Assembly: GCA_045837725.1 (NCBI GenBank)
Contig: JBEWZL010000198.1
Coordinates: 1-64,000 of the forward strand
Length of the DNA: 64,000 nucleotides
Reading direction: 5' to 3'
From: Vermamoeba vermiformis
Taxonomy: Eukaryota
Shown here: piece after piece, positions 36,784-56,195 of the stretch
How the letters are laid out: each line of letters opens with the position of its first letter
How positions within the stretch are numbered: the stretch's first letter is position 1
Notes under the pieces: generated by a model
What the model saw: the letters and a program-made list of their open reading frames with translations, nothing else
Databases searched by the model: none
What the model was told of the DNA's origin: nothing
Translations under genes and position numbers: made by a program

Positions 36784-38052
36784 TTATTTGTTCATGTTGA
36801 ACAAGACGTTCTTGATCACTTGCGACATGAGACCGTTCACTTGTTCAATTGAAGTCTTGGAACTGTCCTTAGTCACCTTAGACAGTTGCGATTCTTCTTT
36901 CTTCTTCTCGTGCACAAAGTAGCTGCCAATTCGACCGCTGTGAGCGAGTTGTGTTTCAGCTTGTTCGAGCTTCTCAGACAAGTCACCAATCTGTCCAGCA
37001 ATGTAATCACGATTGGCGAGCATGGGTGAAGAGGAGAGTGTGTTGATCCAGTATTTGTTCCACAACAGATCCAACAACTTGCCGTCGAGCGATGATTTAA
37101 AGACTGACACTTCGAGTTGATAGTATTGATTGGCGTGCACACCAAAATCCTCAATCTTTTCGAGAGGGATGGTTTGGTACTCAGAGGCCTCTGCATCTGG
37201 GGGCTTGTAACCCTTGGGGTAAGTTCTGAAAGCGCCGATCTCGACCTTGCCTGACAGACTGGTGCGGAGAGGATCGATGACAATAGCCAACCAGGGCTCT
37301 TGGAACTGTTGATTTGTCATTTGAGTGGCAACGTCAATGCCAGACAACCAGCAGCCGTAGCCAGGGTGACTGTGGTACCAGCCCATAGCGTTCTCTTGAC
37401 GACCAACCTTACAGTGGATTTAGTTTCACTAAGTTTTAAATAAATTTCGCCTTGCTGAATAACTTACTTGTTTAGCGTTTTCCATATAGTTGACCATGTA
37501 CTCGTAGCCTTCAACACCGGCATTAACACGAGTCTCTGTACCTTCGACAGGCAAAGCAAAAGTGTCCATAACGACCATTGTGTTGCCATCAACCTTGCCT
37601 TGCAAAGTGCCCATAACTTCAATTTTGCCTCCAGAAACAGCGTGCATAGTCTGTTAATTATTATTAGCCACAAATTAAATTAAACGAATTTTTCTTCAAT
37701 ATCGCATTCATTCTTAAAATTTCTCTAGTTTGGTAGTCGCTCAAAAATTAGTAAAAATAGTTTTAAAAAGTTCATATACACGAGACTATATACAAAATAA
37801 GCATTCTTACCATTTTCAACAAAGCAACAGCTGAGATTTTAACATGCTTGAAAAACTTAGGACTAAAATAACAGATAATGAGCACTATAATTAATTTTAT
37901 ACCAATAAACGATCAACATACTCTTTAACCCAAGGCTTGTCACGCACGGTTGCTTCGTGCTTTTCTTCGTCGTATTTGTAAACTAAATCAGGATCAACAG
38001 CTTGGACGTTGTTTTCCAACTCCCATCGTTTTTGTGCGTCTTGTGAGGCCAT
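36784..38052 (-). CDS. CSN5: COP9 signalosome subunit 5 (JAMM deneddylase)
   Basis: [79 protein letters not shown]. Confidence 0.97.
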
Positions 38053-38193
38053 ATTTAATATATAATCAACGATAGATACTGAGCTGTGGCGTTGAGTGGA
38101 CTAATGAGATCAAAAAAAAAAGGTCTTTGGTTCAAATTATTTTTGTCAGCCCTGTGTTGACCACGTGTCCTGCTTACTTATCAATACTGTAAT

Positions 38194-38429
38194 ATGGACG
38201 CAGCTCCGAAACACTTTTCGCCTACAAGGAATTTTGGCAAGGCTTTGGGCTTATGGGCTCTGAGTTTAGCGTGCATGCTTGCTGGATCAACAGTAGTGCA
38301 CCGGATCATGCGACCTCTTGTGAGTAATGCGCTGGTGTATGATTGATTTGCATAAATATAATATATCATATCGAATAGGATAAAATAGAAGCTGAGCTCA
38401 AGACATCCAAAGAAACTGTAAATAAATAA
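38194..38429 (+). CDS. BRAWNIN/UQCC6 (C12orf73)-like mitochondrial microprotein, 58 aa, 2 exons
   Basis: Exons 38194-38319 and 38379-38429 give MDAAPKHFSPTRNFGKALGLWALSLACMLAGSTVVHRIMRPLDKIEAELKTSKETVNK. SLxxMxAGxxVVHRxxRP matches the BRAWNIN signature as I recall it. Confidence 0.75.
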
Positions 38430-38651
38430 TTGCGAAACAATGTAAATAAATCGTTATGACGAGGTATATATTAAATAATGACAGCAATTTTAATACCACA
38501 TAATATCAATTATGCAAGACAAGAAGAAGAGCGGATCGTGACATATGGATCCAAAAAAGGAATCGACCAACTCAGCCACGTTGACGTAGCGTTACCAAGC
38601 AATTAACTTTATAATAGAACCAACTCAATATTGGTACGAGTTCTGTTTTAT

Positions 38652-39954
38652 TTAATCGTCAAAGTCCTCGTCAATGCCAGGATCAATGTCATCTTCTTCT
38701 TCATCGCTATAATACACTTGTTGCCCTTCGTCTTGTCCTAATGCGCGGTACCATCGTCGCGCGTACTGATTGGTCGCGAGGAAGTAGATCGCAGTCACAC
38801 TCGCGGCAATCACCACGGTCCATCTGTTCTTGGCGCGGCGTTTCTTCTTCTTCTCATCGAGCAGCGACTCTTCATCCGCGTGCTTCTCGTCGTCGCGCTG
38901 CACCCACTCCTCCAAGGGGCCGTGATGTTCGGGCACTTGATGCGGACCAAAGAACGCGTCTATCACTGCCATGGCATAGCGCTGCAGTCCGTGTTTTTGC
39001 ACGAGTTTGGCGAGTGTGGCGTTAGGGAATGGCGGCAAGACAGCGGCAGCGAGGAATGCAGCGGCTGAGACATCGACGAGCGAGGGCGTGGGGAAGAAGT
39101 ACTCGTGCGTGCCAATGCGTGTGGCGAGGGCACTGAGACACTTGTCGACTTCACTGTACACCTGTCAACAGCGGTCAATATTCGAGCATATATATATATA
39201 CAGAGATTAGTATTGTCATTAACGAGCTTCTTGCAACTTACTTTTTCTTTGTTGGTCCAGCCCAGCGCTTCTAGTCGGGCCACTGCTGCTTTGCGCGTTT
39301 GACGAGGCAAGATCCAGTTGAGCGGGAATGGCGCAGTCTTAGAATATGTCAAGTGTGTGATAGTTGTGTAATTCTTATCGTCCATAAACCAATTATAGAG
39401 CTGTCACATTGTTAGTACAATGAAGTGATCGCGATCCAGATCCACAACTTACAATTGCATAGTACAGCGTTGTTTCAACGCAGTTCATAAATGCATATGC
39501 TTCAGCGCGTTGGTCAACATTTAAATTGTCCCTTAAGTGATATCCCTGCAAATAGAACAGTAAGCTAGGTCGGATCGCGCGAAATTTGCTTACCATTCCT
39601 TGGAGGAAATCGATAATTTCTGCTGAGCCACAAACAATTTTCCCAGAGTTAACTGCAATCATTGGAAGCGTTTCTACGGTAGTAAGCGATTTAGCAAATT
39701 AATTATTAATTTTGGTAATATTTTTGCTTACTTGTTGGTGACATGTTCGGATTATTGCAATTATTTACTTCATATGGTACTCCTGCTAGCTTCATATAGA
39801 GCTAAAAAATATTAGCAAAGCTTTTGAGTGACTTTGGTGATATTACTTGGACTTTCAAGCAATGCGGATCGTACGATGGAATGTTCCAATCCTTTGGAGG
39901 ACCATATTGATACAATACTATCTTCCCGGAGGGCTGTATGATGTCTGAGTCCAT
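38652..39954 (-). CDS. Metaxin-like (GST-fold, SAM complex partner) with C-terminal TM segment
   Basis: IVLYQYGPPKDWNIPSYDPHCLKVQ, NNPNMSP, PFPLNWILP, CLSALATRIGTHEYFFPTPSLVD, hydrophobic tail. Confidence 0.85.
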
Positions 39955-40241
39955 GGCGTATTTGTTTTACGATTGCACACGGAACATAAAGTGAATTCAA
40001 CTAAATTAACGGCGCGGGCTGTTCGTCATCGTGCAGCAACAATACGGCCAAGTTTGATAAATGTTAGACACATACCTGGACTCGAGATTGTACGCGTGCG
40101 GTGATGATTTCGCGAATTTAACAAGACGTCTGGTCACGGCCCTCGTTTTTTAACATAATAGGAGGTGTTGCTCGGGTGCTGTCAATCATGCACCTAAACG
40201 CTTTTTGTCTCTTTTGGTTCCATTTATTTACTGTACATGTG

Positions 40242-41229
40242 TCAGATCTTGACGTTGTTCTTGCGTGCGAATATTTTGAGCTGTTCGATGAAGCCGAGAT
40301 TTGGCTGAAAAGTTGGAAGTTAGTACAGGTTTATGCCGGAGCAGTGAATTAGATGAATATAACACCAATTCTTACCTTAATTAGAGGCCTTTTAACGCGT
40401 ACTAGTTCAAAAGCCTCTTCATACGACAAGCCACGAGTCTTGATGAGGTACATGATTAACACACTCGCTGAGCGCGACACACCTGTCAAAGTGTCAATTC
40501 AAGTGTCAAAACTCTGACTCGCAGACTGCGAGCTCACCTTGAGCGCAGTGAACGAAGACTCGTCCGTTATTCTGCAAAGCACTTTCGATGAACTGATGAC
40601 ACGTGTCAAACACGCGAGTAATGTCCTCTTGTGGCGTGTCTTCGAGATCGAGATTGAGATATGAAAACTGCGCGGGATATTGTTTGAATTTGACCCACAC
40701 TTTGTTCAGATTGGGCACGCAGTTGATGATGTGCGTCACTGCAACAATCAGACTAAGGTGCTGTATGTTAGCAACACGTACCTTTGTGGTCAGTGAGCGC
40801 GGCAATGTTCATCGAGGCTTGCATGCTGCCCAAGTAGAGCTGACCTTCAACGACCTCGCAGGGCTTGGAACTTATTGCACGCGTCAGTCTTCAACAGAAA
40901 GAAACGAGAGACTTACTCATCCTTCGCCATCACTGCTATTGCTTGCACTTCATCGCTCATTCCTTCATGCACGGCTATGTCTAGAATGCGGTTAAGGGTC
41001 AAGTAACGGTTATTATTATTCCTTCAATTTAGCACGGAAATTCAATCACTTCGCCGTTCAAGATTTTATATTTCTATTTTGATCTTTCTGTGCCATTATA
41101 ATTATAATAAGAATATTTACCATGGAGGCAGAATCGGCACATATTTTGCTTGAATTTATTTGGGTCGAATCCAGGACAACCGTTGGTCTCGCATTGCGTG
41201 CAATTTACTACGGTAGTTTTGCCTTCCAT
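40242..41229 (-). CDS. Dual-specificity protein phosphatase with an N-terminal Cys/His module
   Basis: VTHIINC, LEDTPQEDI, FIESAL, VFVHCAQGVSRSASV, RPLIKPNLGFIEQL. N-terminal CPGFDPNKFKQNMCRFCLH. Confidence 0.88.
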
Positions 41230-41365
41230 ATTGATGCTATGATTAGTTAACTGCTGTGCTCTTTAAGCTTTACTGGCTAATTTTTCTTCGCTCCTTGCTG
41301 CCATGCTGCTGTTTGCTGAATTTCGAAGCAATTCAACTTTTTGTTCTCGAACAACAGAAAACAAT

Positions 41366-42395
41366 ATGAGTGATGATTACGATGACGATTCTTTGAGCGA
41401 GTCTGAAGCTCTGCTCGACGAAGGACCAAGAGATGTTGACCTTTCCAACGCTGTTGCGAACTGGTGGTTATTTATGGAATATAATCAATCGTTGTGGCCT
41501 AAAGATAAAAAAGAAATGCTACATTTGCTCCGGTCATTCTCGCATGTACAGCATCAATTCAGTGCTGATCAGATCAAGCTATTTTTAATCAGCACAAAAA
41601 TTCTACAATTAGATTTGCAGGAGCAAAAGATGCACTTTAACAAAGGTAAGATATGTTAAATATTTAAATAAAATTTAGAAATTATTGGCACAAATTGTGA
41701 GAGTTTATTTTTGCTGACGTGGCTCTAATTGATCTATTTTCAGAAAACTTGCAAAAGTATGACATATCGAATGTCGAAGAGGATGTTAAGCGATTGGAGC
41801 GACGAATGCAGTTTTTAAAAGCGAATCCCGAGGTTTTTCGAGATCTCATGTCAGGCAACTTCACTGAGCCTGCAGGTATGTTGTTGCAACAATAGTGGCA
41901 CTATTAGAAAGCTAACTAGACTTAGATCGAGAGGAGCGTATAATTGACGGCGACAAAAAGTTCTCAGAGTCAGATCCAATCGAGCTGTCAGACCACGAAA
42001 TAGAACTGCGACGAGTGTCATTCACGCGTGTTGTAGTGTGGCTCAAATATCATCAAGCAGAGTTAGACGCGATGAAAGAGCACGACATTGCACGTCTGTT
42101 GCCTGTGATTGGTGTTGTGCCCGTGGAACTCGAGCCCGAAGATATATTTGATGAACTCGTGCAACAGCGACTCATTTCGGTATGTGTAGCACTGTAATGA
42201 TAAGCACAGTAATTAACCGCGTTGTAGGCGTCGGATCCTTTGAAGATTCGTGTGGAGCCAGTCAAGCTGCAGCTGAATGACAGTCCTGCACGATCACTGT
42301 TCAAGAGTTTGTTTTATTCATTTTTGACTTTCTTAATGTTCTGGGGAGTCATCAAAGAATTTGGATCAATTCTCAACATGTTCCGTGGCAATTAA
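41366..42395 (+). CDS. Unrecognised protein with a C-terminal hydrophobic segment (possibly tail-anchored)
   Basis: Four exons join in frame via GT-AG introns, ending ...SLFYSFLTFLMFWGVIKEFGSILNMFRGN*. Confidence 0.6.
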
Positions 42396-42498
42396 ATGTA
42401 AATACCGTTGAATGAAATATGTGGATTTATTTATAACAACTTTGTACAATTCGAGTGTATTCACATGAGTTGACAGTCGCCAGTCAGATCTGATGGAT

Positions 42499-45400
42499 TT
42501 AACTTAACGAGAAGCTGTCTTGTCCGTTCTCAATGGCAAACAAGAGTTTCTCTTTCATGACATCTTTGCTCGAGTAGTCAGGCAGCTTCAGATAATAGAA
42601 GCACGTGTTCACACTCGGCAAGTAGTCGTCAGGGGTGAGAGGAGGCGTGTGATCCTTGCGCACGATTGTCAGCTTGGGATTGAGAGCTTTGAAGCCTCCA
42701 ACAGGCAGACGCGGTGAACCTGTCACGAACTTGAGGAAACCACGACGTTGGGTGGCAGTAAACTCGCCCAAGATCTCCATTAAGAATCCGATAGCGCGAG
42801 ATGTGTGATTGTAACCGTGTTCAAGCTTAGTATTTTCCAAGAGGGCTGGTAGAGTAAGTTAGCCACGTTATAGTACTTGACTAACAGAGTTGACTTACTG
42901 TTCTTAGTCCACATGTCATTTGCTGTCTCATCAACACCGCACAACAGAGTGGAGAGCTCGTTGACAGTGAAGACACGCAAATGTTCAACAGACAATATGG
43001 CATTGAAGCCCTTGACAAAGGCATTAAACTGTTGTTGCACACCATCGACGAGGAACACTTGAGTCACTCGTTCAATGTATTCTTCGAGATTGGCTAGGGT
43101 AACCAATTCGTTTGATCCATTTGGCTAAAGCAAGATTAGCAAAGGTCACGAATAAGTATTGGACTACATACCTTCAATTCAAATTCATCGTGTCCAGGCA
43201 AGACAAAGTTGAGCATCATGTCTTCAATGGACGCGTTTTTGTATTTGATTTGCTTCAGTGCAGCGGCAGTATCTTGCTCATTCTTAAATATGTGGTGTCA
43301 ATAAACGAAAAATATTACTATAAACGTAGTAGCTTACCAAGTTCTTCTGCAAGACTTCACGCTTGGCAGCACACAACGAGGTCAATTCTTTCATTGTCTT
43401 TCCAATCTCCGGTGCAATCAAGAACAAATCGTCGATGGTTAGTTCTTGCTTCAACAACACCTTGTAGAAAGGTCTGGCAAGAGGCAAGTCCAAGAGGCGA
43501 CCATCGAGCACGCCCTTAGCGATGAAAGTGCCCATGAACTCGAACAGGTCAATGACCTTCTCATCGCGTGCTTGAAGTGGTGCTGGGAACAAGCCGTTCG
43601 GATTGAACACATGTTCGTATTCATCCTCTTTGCTCTTGTGGCCAGCCGGTTCGCGTGTCTTAGTGACTGAAGTGGAGAGCCACATGTTCAAGTTACTGCG
43701 CTGCAAGGCTCGTGATACAAGAGTGTAGAACTCGAGTGTGGGACCAAGGCCAGTACCTTTCTCATTAAAGTATTCAACTTCAAGTATTGCTTTGCTATTC
43801 TGCGGCAGTTTGACCATTTCCATCACTCGCATTGCGGATTCTAAGACCTTGTCGCGAAGAATTCTCACTTTGAATCGAGGAATACGACCAAAGCGAGATT
43901 GTTCAGCTGCAGCTTGAGCCCCCAATATTCTAGTGGCTTGTTGCACGAGCTGGTCTTGCACTGTCATTAATGCACGGGCAATACCCAATGAAGTGGCTTT
44001 GAAGAACTGACTGCGCACGTCGTGGGGCACCATGAAGACGCAATTGTGCATCAAGTCAGTGCACCATTGTGGCAGAGCACGACTGCACAACAATAGAGGA
44101 TCTTGTAACAGACGCAATATCTTGCCCTTCACCTTGCTGTTTAACCATTCGCCACGAGGGATGGTCAATTCGTCAGCCTTAGGACCGATCAACAATGCCA
44201 AGTTGCCGTTGACAGCATACAAAACACGCATCAAGTTGAGGATCTGCGACACGGTCTCGTTGTTGGTGGAGAACTTGACTGGATGATTGAGCACGTAATC
44301 AAGAGGGGAGTGCTCGTTCAATGCACCGCGCCAGATGATCTTATTATGATCGTCATTGTTCTGACTCTTTGAATCCTTGTCAACGAGTTTGTATTGAATG
44401 TTGAACGTCTGATCCCACAAGCGAATGGCAGGCTGAACATCAGCATTAGCGGACTGATCCAAGCTGTAGAGGTGCAGAGCTTGGAATATGGTCATGTTGC
44501 TTGGAAGAGGTCGACCGTTAATGCACAGTTGAAGTCGCTTGGGCTCTTCATTCTCGGTAGAGTGAGCGTTGTTCACATTGGGCTGATTCAAACTCTCTTC
44601 GGGAATATCTTGCACAGCCTCACTGGACACGGGTTCTTCGTCCTCAGGAACGTCCTCAGCGTCTTCAACTGAGCCTTCCTCAGCGAGCAAATTCTTCTCT
44701 TTTTCCTCCTTCTCTTTTTCAGCCTGTTTTCGTTTCGCCTTCTTTAATTTGCTGCGCTTTGGCTTCTTCTTTTTCATGTCAGGACGTGCTTCCTCGTCTT
44801 TTTCACCAGTACTTTCGCTCTTCTCCTCTTTTTTCTCTTCTTTCTTCTCGTCCTTCTGCTGTTCAGTCTTTTCAACCTCCATGGCGTCCTCCTTTTTATC
44901 GCCTTTAGACTCTTCGTTTTGCTCTTCTGATTTCTCATCCTCTTCTTCAATACCCTCTTCGTTGTCTTCATCTTCATCCTCATCACCGCTGTTCTCTTCT
45001 TCTTCAGGTTGTTCAGGTTCATTTTCAGTCGGTTGTACTGCGCCCGGTTTGACACGCGAAAACAAAAAGTCCTCAACGGCAGTTACGGTCGCCAGTGGCT
45101 CGACGAGAATCAAGCCGGCATTGTGAGTGTATTGTTGCAACGTAGTGTCAGTGCTATCTTTTTGCACTTTGAATCTGAACGGCTGAGCAAGATACTTCAA
45201 ACTGGCCCCAGGAACAGAGGTGACATTTGATACAGAGGGGAAGTTTTCCTCTTTGTTCAGAGCATTTTGCAATTGGCGCACAAGAATGAGGAAGCTGCTT
45301 TCACCTTCAGAGTTCTTGAGGGTGGTTATAGCCTCGGCAAAAGCTTGCATTCGCTTGTTACGAGGCAATTCATCTTTCAAAGCTAATATGCGTTAGAAAT

Positions 45401-48198
45401 GAAACTAGTGTCAATCGTGACTTACCGTAAGTAATAAACAGATCGTACAACGCGTTGATGATGTTGCTGCGAAGAAATTCGAATGTTGACACGCCATCAC
45501 CAGCAACCAACAGGTTTGCAATTTCTAAGATCAGTTGCTTAATCATTTCTTCATCGCCATTTTGTTGCACGGACAGGTGCAGTTTGTTGACCAACACTTG
45601 TAGCTTGTTCAATTCGTCAGGGACACCTTCCTTATTGCCGAAATGTGTGCTCAACAATTGACGAGCGTGCGTCGAGACCCACAGATTCAATTCTTCATTA
45701 CGAGTGAATGTAGGGATCTTAGGCAAGACAGGCTTTGGTGGTGCAGTTTCGCCCTCAGCTTGAGGTGTGCTGGGCTTTTCTTTCTCGCTCTCTTCACTTG
45801 CATCAGAACTATCGCTGTCGCTCTTTTCGACAGTTTTGCGTAGCATTCTTTCGATGAGTCCAGAGTTCTGACGAGGTGGGGGAATGCTGCTAGAACTCGC
45901 TGATGGTGATCCAGGAGGCGTTTCTGCTACGGCTACAGAGGCACTCGACTCGCTCAATTCTTCAAACTTATGTACCAAATCCTCTAACTCTTCGAGTGTC
46001 ATTTTGTTGGTGTTATTGTCTGCGATGGTGGTCAACTTCTCTATTTCATCTACAACACCCTCTCGCGGGAAATATTTCTTGAAAATGTCAGGCAGCTTTT
46101 GCATTAATGTTTCTGAGATATAGACAGCCATTGCAACAACAGGCATGTCTTTGCTGCTCAATAACGATGCAATAAAGCTCGAGAAAGAGAGGTCGCGTAG
46201 CAAAGTTGTGAGCATGTCAGCTGAGGAGAAGTGAATGATCTTGGCAATAGCCGACAGGCCTTTGTATTTGACTGTTGGATTGACAGTTGATGAATAAACT
46301 TGAACCAAAGACGGCAACAAGAATTCACCAATTGTCATCAAGTACGCAGGACTTGCGTTGTAAAATTCTTGACGAGCGTCCACTGGCTGCTTTAAAGGGG
46401 TCAGTGATGAGTTTGACCAATGTGCTAGTGATTAACTTACTTCTTTTTCTCCCTCTTTCTTTTTCTTGTGAAGACGAGGTCTTGAGAGCACGAGTTGAGT
46501 GATGAGCAACTGTGCCACAGCATCGGGCAGTGGTGGCAACAGCTCGTTGACAAGCTGCAACATATCGAACACAATTTGAGGATTCTTCATAATTTCAGAG
46601 TTTGTGAGCAGTTGCTTGACAACAGGAATCAAGCCTTCGACAATATAATTCTCCACGAGAGCAGGGCAGCCACGGGTGAGAACTGAAAGAATCTTGATTG
46701 CGAGGGCAATAGGGCTTGCTTGACCCGCAGGAGCTTGTGTCGGGGTCAGAGTGAGTAGACGAGGCAGTGTGTGCGCAAGTCCAGAGTCACTCAAACGGCG
46801 CAGTTTGGCTGGGTCAGTAGCGAAGGCGTCAACGAGGCGAGACCAGCACAACACAGCTCGCTCTTGCACACGAGGTTCATGGTGATCCAGCAAGGGAGCG
46901 AGAGAGGGCAGCGCATCCTCTACCGATGTCCACGTGTCAATTGTCACAGCTCGGCACAACAATGACGCTGCGTTGATTGCTTGACGCTGCACGCTGACAG
47001 GGAAGAAATCGAGCAGTGCGACTAACGCAGCCAAACCTCCTTGTCTCAGCAGTGCCAATGTACCTGACGGATTTTCGGCCAGCTTTTCGATAGCTTGAAT
47101 CGCTTGTTCAGCCAAATCAATCCATTCAGGGGCCGTTAGTCTCATCACGAGAGCAGGTACTGCACCGTGTCTAACGAGTGTTGGTGCTGCTTGTGGCAAG
47201 GCCTCCAACAAATGAGCCACGGTACGCACAGCTAACAACACTGCATTGGGATTGTAATCCGCTGTCAGCAAATTGACGAGTGGTGGAGCAAATTGATCAA
47301 CTTTGAAGTGTGCGAGACTCTCTTCAGTGCCAATGCTCAAATAATCACTCAACTCCATCAACGCTTCGAGCTGTAACGTGTCATCACCAGACTTGAGGCC
47401 TTCTAACAGTGAGTCTAGGCGCGAATTACCTGCAAATTTGAAATTAGCGCAATGTTATCGCGTGACACATCCGAGGATACGTACTCAGAGCAATCGGGTT
47501 AAAGTCTTTCGGCGAGCCAATCTTCATCAACAGAGACTCCATAGTCTCTTTGCGCTTGTCCTCGGAGATGCTGCCTTCGTCTTCCTCGCTGTTCTCATCT
47601 TCAGGCTTTTCTTCAGCGCTCATTTTCTCGGGTTGATCCGCGTCAGAAACTGCTTCAGTTTTCTCCGGCTCAACTTTTTCTTCGCTTTGCGAGAGGCGTG
47701 GTGATCTTCTAGACGAAGTTTGATTGTTATTTTTACCAGCTTCAACCTCGTCTTGTGAGCCTCGTCGCTGTTTCTTTTCGACTGTCTGATCTTTTGTTTC
47801 TGAATCCATTTTTCTTTTGCGTCCTCGGTTATTGTTTGGATTTCTAAAAGAAAATATGGTAATTAGTGCATTTGCGTATAACAATTATGGCAAAAAGAAA
47901 TTCGAAGGAGGTTCTTTGAGCAAGAATTAATGGATGAAATTGGCAAATCTGTAATAAGACTTGCAGAGGATTTTAAATTTATTGTATTATGAAGTGGTCA
48001 TTGTAGTTGTATTTTCCGAATGAGTTATATAAATACAATAATTTTAGAAATTAACAAATACCTGTTTTCTTGTTGAATTTCAGTAGATGTAACAGTAGCT
48101 TGGGTTTTTTGTTTTTTACGGGTCTTAGTTTGCAAGTCTTCGGTTTGTGTTTGATTTCGCTTGCGTTTAGAACCCTTCCTTTTGGATGAAGGATCCAT
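42499..48198 (-). CDS. HECT E3 ubiquitin ligase, TRIP12/UPL3/Ufd4 type
   Basis: ARM region [106 protein letters not shown]. Start codon tentative. Confidence 0.93.
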
Positions 48199-48450
48199 GC
48201 ACCATTTAAGCAAAGCTTTTCAGAAAATTAAACAAAAATACCAAATTAAAGCACGAACGAGACACAGTTGTGGTCCTCTAATGTCCAGTTCTTATTTTGA
48301 CTGCCTAGAATCTTTCGCAATGCTTTTTTTTGTCAGCCGACGTAAATTTCGCATGCTAAAATAATAGGGGCACCCTGCTGGACTATGTTTCAGTAATTAA
48401 TTAGTGCATATACTACCACAGATTGTTCGATTATTGATAGGTGGAGCAAT

Positions 48451-51077
48451 ATGGACAAAATTGTAAGTAGATCTAAATTATTATTTGACTCTGATCGTGT
48501 AAAGCCGTAATAATTATTATATTAATACCGAGCTTATAATATAAACATATGTCAACAAATATTGCATTATTACCGATTGATCTGTTTTTTTGTTAGCTTG
48601 GATTCCTGACAATTTCTTTCCACTGCTTTACTTTAACTTAATATTAGCTCACTGGTCATCAATTAATTTTAATTATTTAATTAAAAATAGAAAGCACTTC
48701 GTGAACAGCTTACAGCTCTATACAAAGAAGATGCCAAGTTTCGCTTATCAGAGCGTAATTGTGTCGAAATTATTATGAAGCTCATTCAAAAGGGCCAAGT
48801 AAACCTTTATTTTACGCTTGAAGGCCGCGAATATATCACTCCAAGACAATTAGAAACCGAGATCAAGAATGAAGTCATCGTGCACGGAGGTACGGCGCAA
48901 TCAGACTCTATTTAGCACTATATATTCTTACCACAATATATTAGGTCGTATTGGACTCTTAGAACTACAACCTATTTTGAACGTGAGTGCCGAACAGATC
49001 GAGTTGAAGGCGCAGGAGATGGTGAACAAATACCGCACTATGCACCTCGTTCAAGGCGAGCTGATCTCAAGCACGTACATTGATCGCATCGCTGAAGAAA
49101 TTAACGAGTCATTGCGCGAATACGGGCACGTTACAATTGTTGAAATGTCAAAGCGATTCGGCCTCAGCCACGACTTTATCAGCAACGTAAGTCCCTCACT
49201 AGTCGCGCTTTAAATATTAATTCAATTATCAGGCCATAAAAGATAAAGTTGGCACGAAGATTAACGCCATTCTTGCTGACGACATTTTGTACACTGAAGC
49301 TTTTGTTGACCGCTACAGATCTCGCATCCGCGGTCTGTTCTCCGCCCTCACCAAGTAAGCCACCATCTGTGCCTTATTTGCCGAGCTAACTTTTGTGTAT
49401 AGACCGACACATATTACCCAAATCTTGTCTCAACATTATTTTATTCGCCAATTGTTTGACAGTAAGTCATTTACATTGTGTCATGTCTTGCGCACGTCTA
49501 ATTCTTTAAATTTAGCTCTGCTTGCTGAATTGATTAAAGAAGGAAGACTTAATGGCGAATTACAAGGCAAGACTTACGTGCCAGCTGTGTTTGAGAAGAA
49601 CAGACGGCTGTTCGTTGACAACTTCTTCAAACAAAATGGCTACATTAGTTATGACACTTTGACACGTCTCGAGTTCAGTGGTCCCAAAAAATATTTGCAA
49701 TCACTTTATACAGACGGCTTGGCACTTGATTCATGCTTTATTAGCCGACACATTGTTGAGAGTGTTGACGCTTCAATCCTCGACACTGTGCAGTCCAATG
49801 GCTGGCTTGACGTCATGCCTTTGTTGCCACCTCCACTGTCGACCAGTGATGCCACAGTCATACTTAACGAGTGCTCTGAACTGAAGAAAAAAGACACTCA
49901 AGCAACAGTGCTAGGCGAGTCATTCATCGTCAGTCAAGGCCTCGTGACACGCATCTTGAAGTTGTTCGAGGACCACATCACAGAACAAACACAAGCCGCT
50001 AACGCTAAAAAAGAGCTCGAACAACAACAGCAAGCCAACAACACTAATGCCGAGCCAGCTGAAAAAGAAGAACAGCCTGAAGAGCCGCAAGAAGGCAACA
50101 AGAAAGGTTCGCGAAGGAAGCAAAAAGAGGCACCACCTGCTGCCGCAAAGAAAGGTGCGAAGGGCAAAACTGACAATAAGAAAAACAACAATAACAACGC
50201 GCCCGTGAAGAACGAAAATCTCGAGTTGTTGAAGAAGTGGATTCCTGATGCTGAAGAAGAGCTTTTAGAACTGATTTTACAGCATGTCAAGTCACAGCTC
50301 GCCGAGTACAAAGCCAAGGCCGAGAAACAAGTGTTCGTCAACACAACGAGCGAGAAGAAAGAGAAAATCAAAGATTTGTTCGACAAGTTTGACGCGTACT
50401 ACTTCAACATTCAGCTGTTCAAGAAGAGCAATGAAGAGCTGACGGACGTCAACAAAACCGAGTTGGACAAGTACTTGCTGCGCACTCTTTGCACGGACCT
50501 CGTCAACATCCTATTGGACATTCAAGCACGTGAAAAGTTACTGCCTGTTGGTCCTGTTAAGACTCCTGCTGACCGCGTGCAAGTCATGCAACAACTCCCA
50601 GCGGATTTGTCCAAAGCAATCGAGAAGTTGCTCGGCACATTGACTAGTAACACGGATGAATTCACCAAAGAGCTCAAAGTCGTCACTGCTAAAATGCAAA
50701 TGCAACTCAAGGTTCTGGAAAAGAAAGCTGTTCGCAACCTCGTCTTCGCCATTCGCCAAGACACCATGAAGCAACTGACAGACGACAACAACCCTGGTAC
50801 TGCCTTCCATCTCTTGCTCTCACTGTTGTACATTCGTGTCTTCCAAACTGCGCTCTATTTGCCTTCGCGCTTGGCTCCTGAAATTCTGATTATCAAGTTG
50901 AAGAGCAGCCTATCAGAGTACATCTACAACAAGCTCAATGAATTCAATCACGTGCTCAACTTGCAAATTGGACAGCCCGACAACGCAGATTACGCCAATC
51001 AACTCGCCGCCTTGTTGCCTGAACTGAAAGAGATCGCGCTGACAAAGGAAATTAAGCTAGAAAGTTACTCGAAATAA
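48451..51077 (+). CDS. UFL1: E3 UFM1-protein ligase 1
   Basis: Spliced RLSERNCVEIIMKL, TLEGREYITP, VHGGRIGLLELQPILNV, LVQGELIS, RIRGLFSALT, FFKQNGYISY. Confidence 0.93.
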
Positions 51078-51114
51078 ACCAGTTTGTTTTGAACAAAAAG
51101 CAGGTGTTTATTAT

Positions 51115-56195
<5,081 letters not shown>

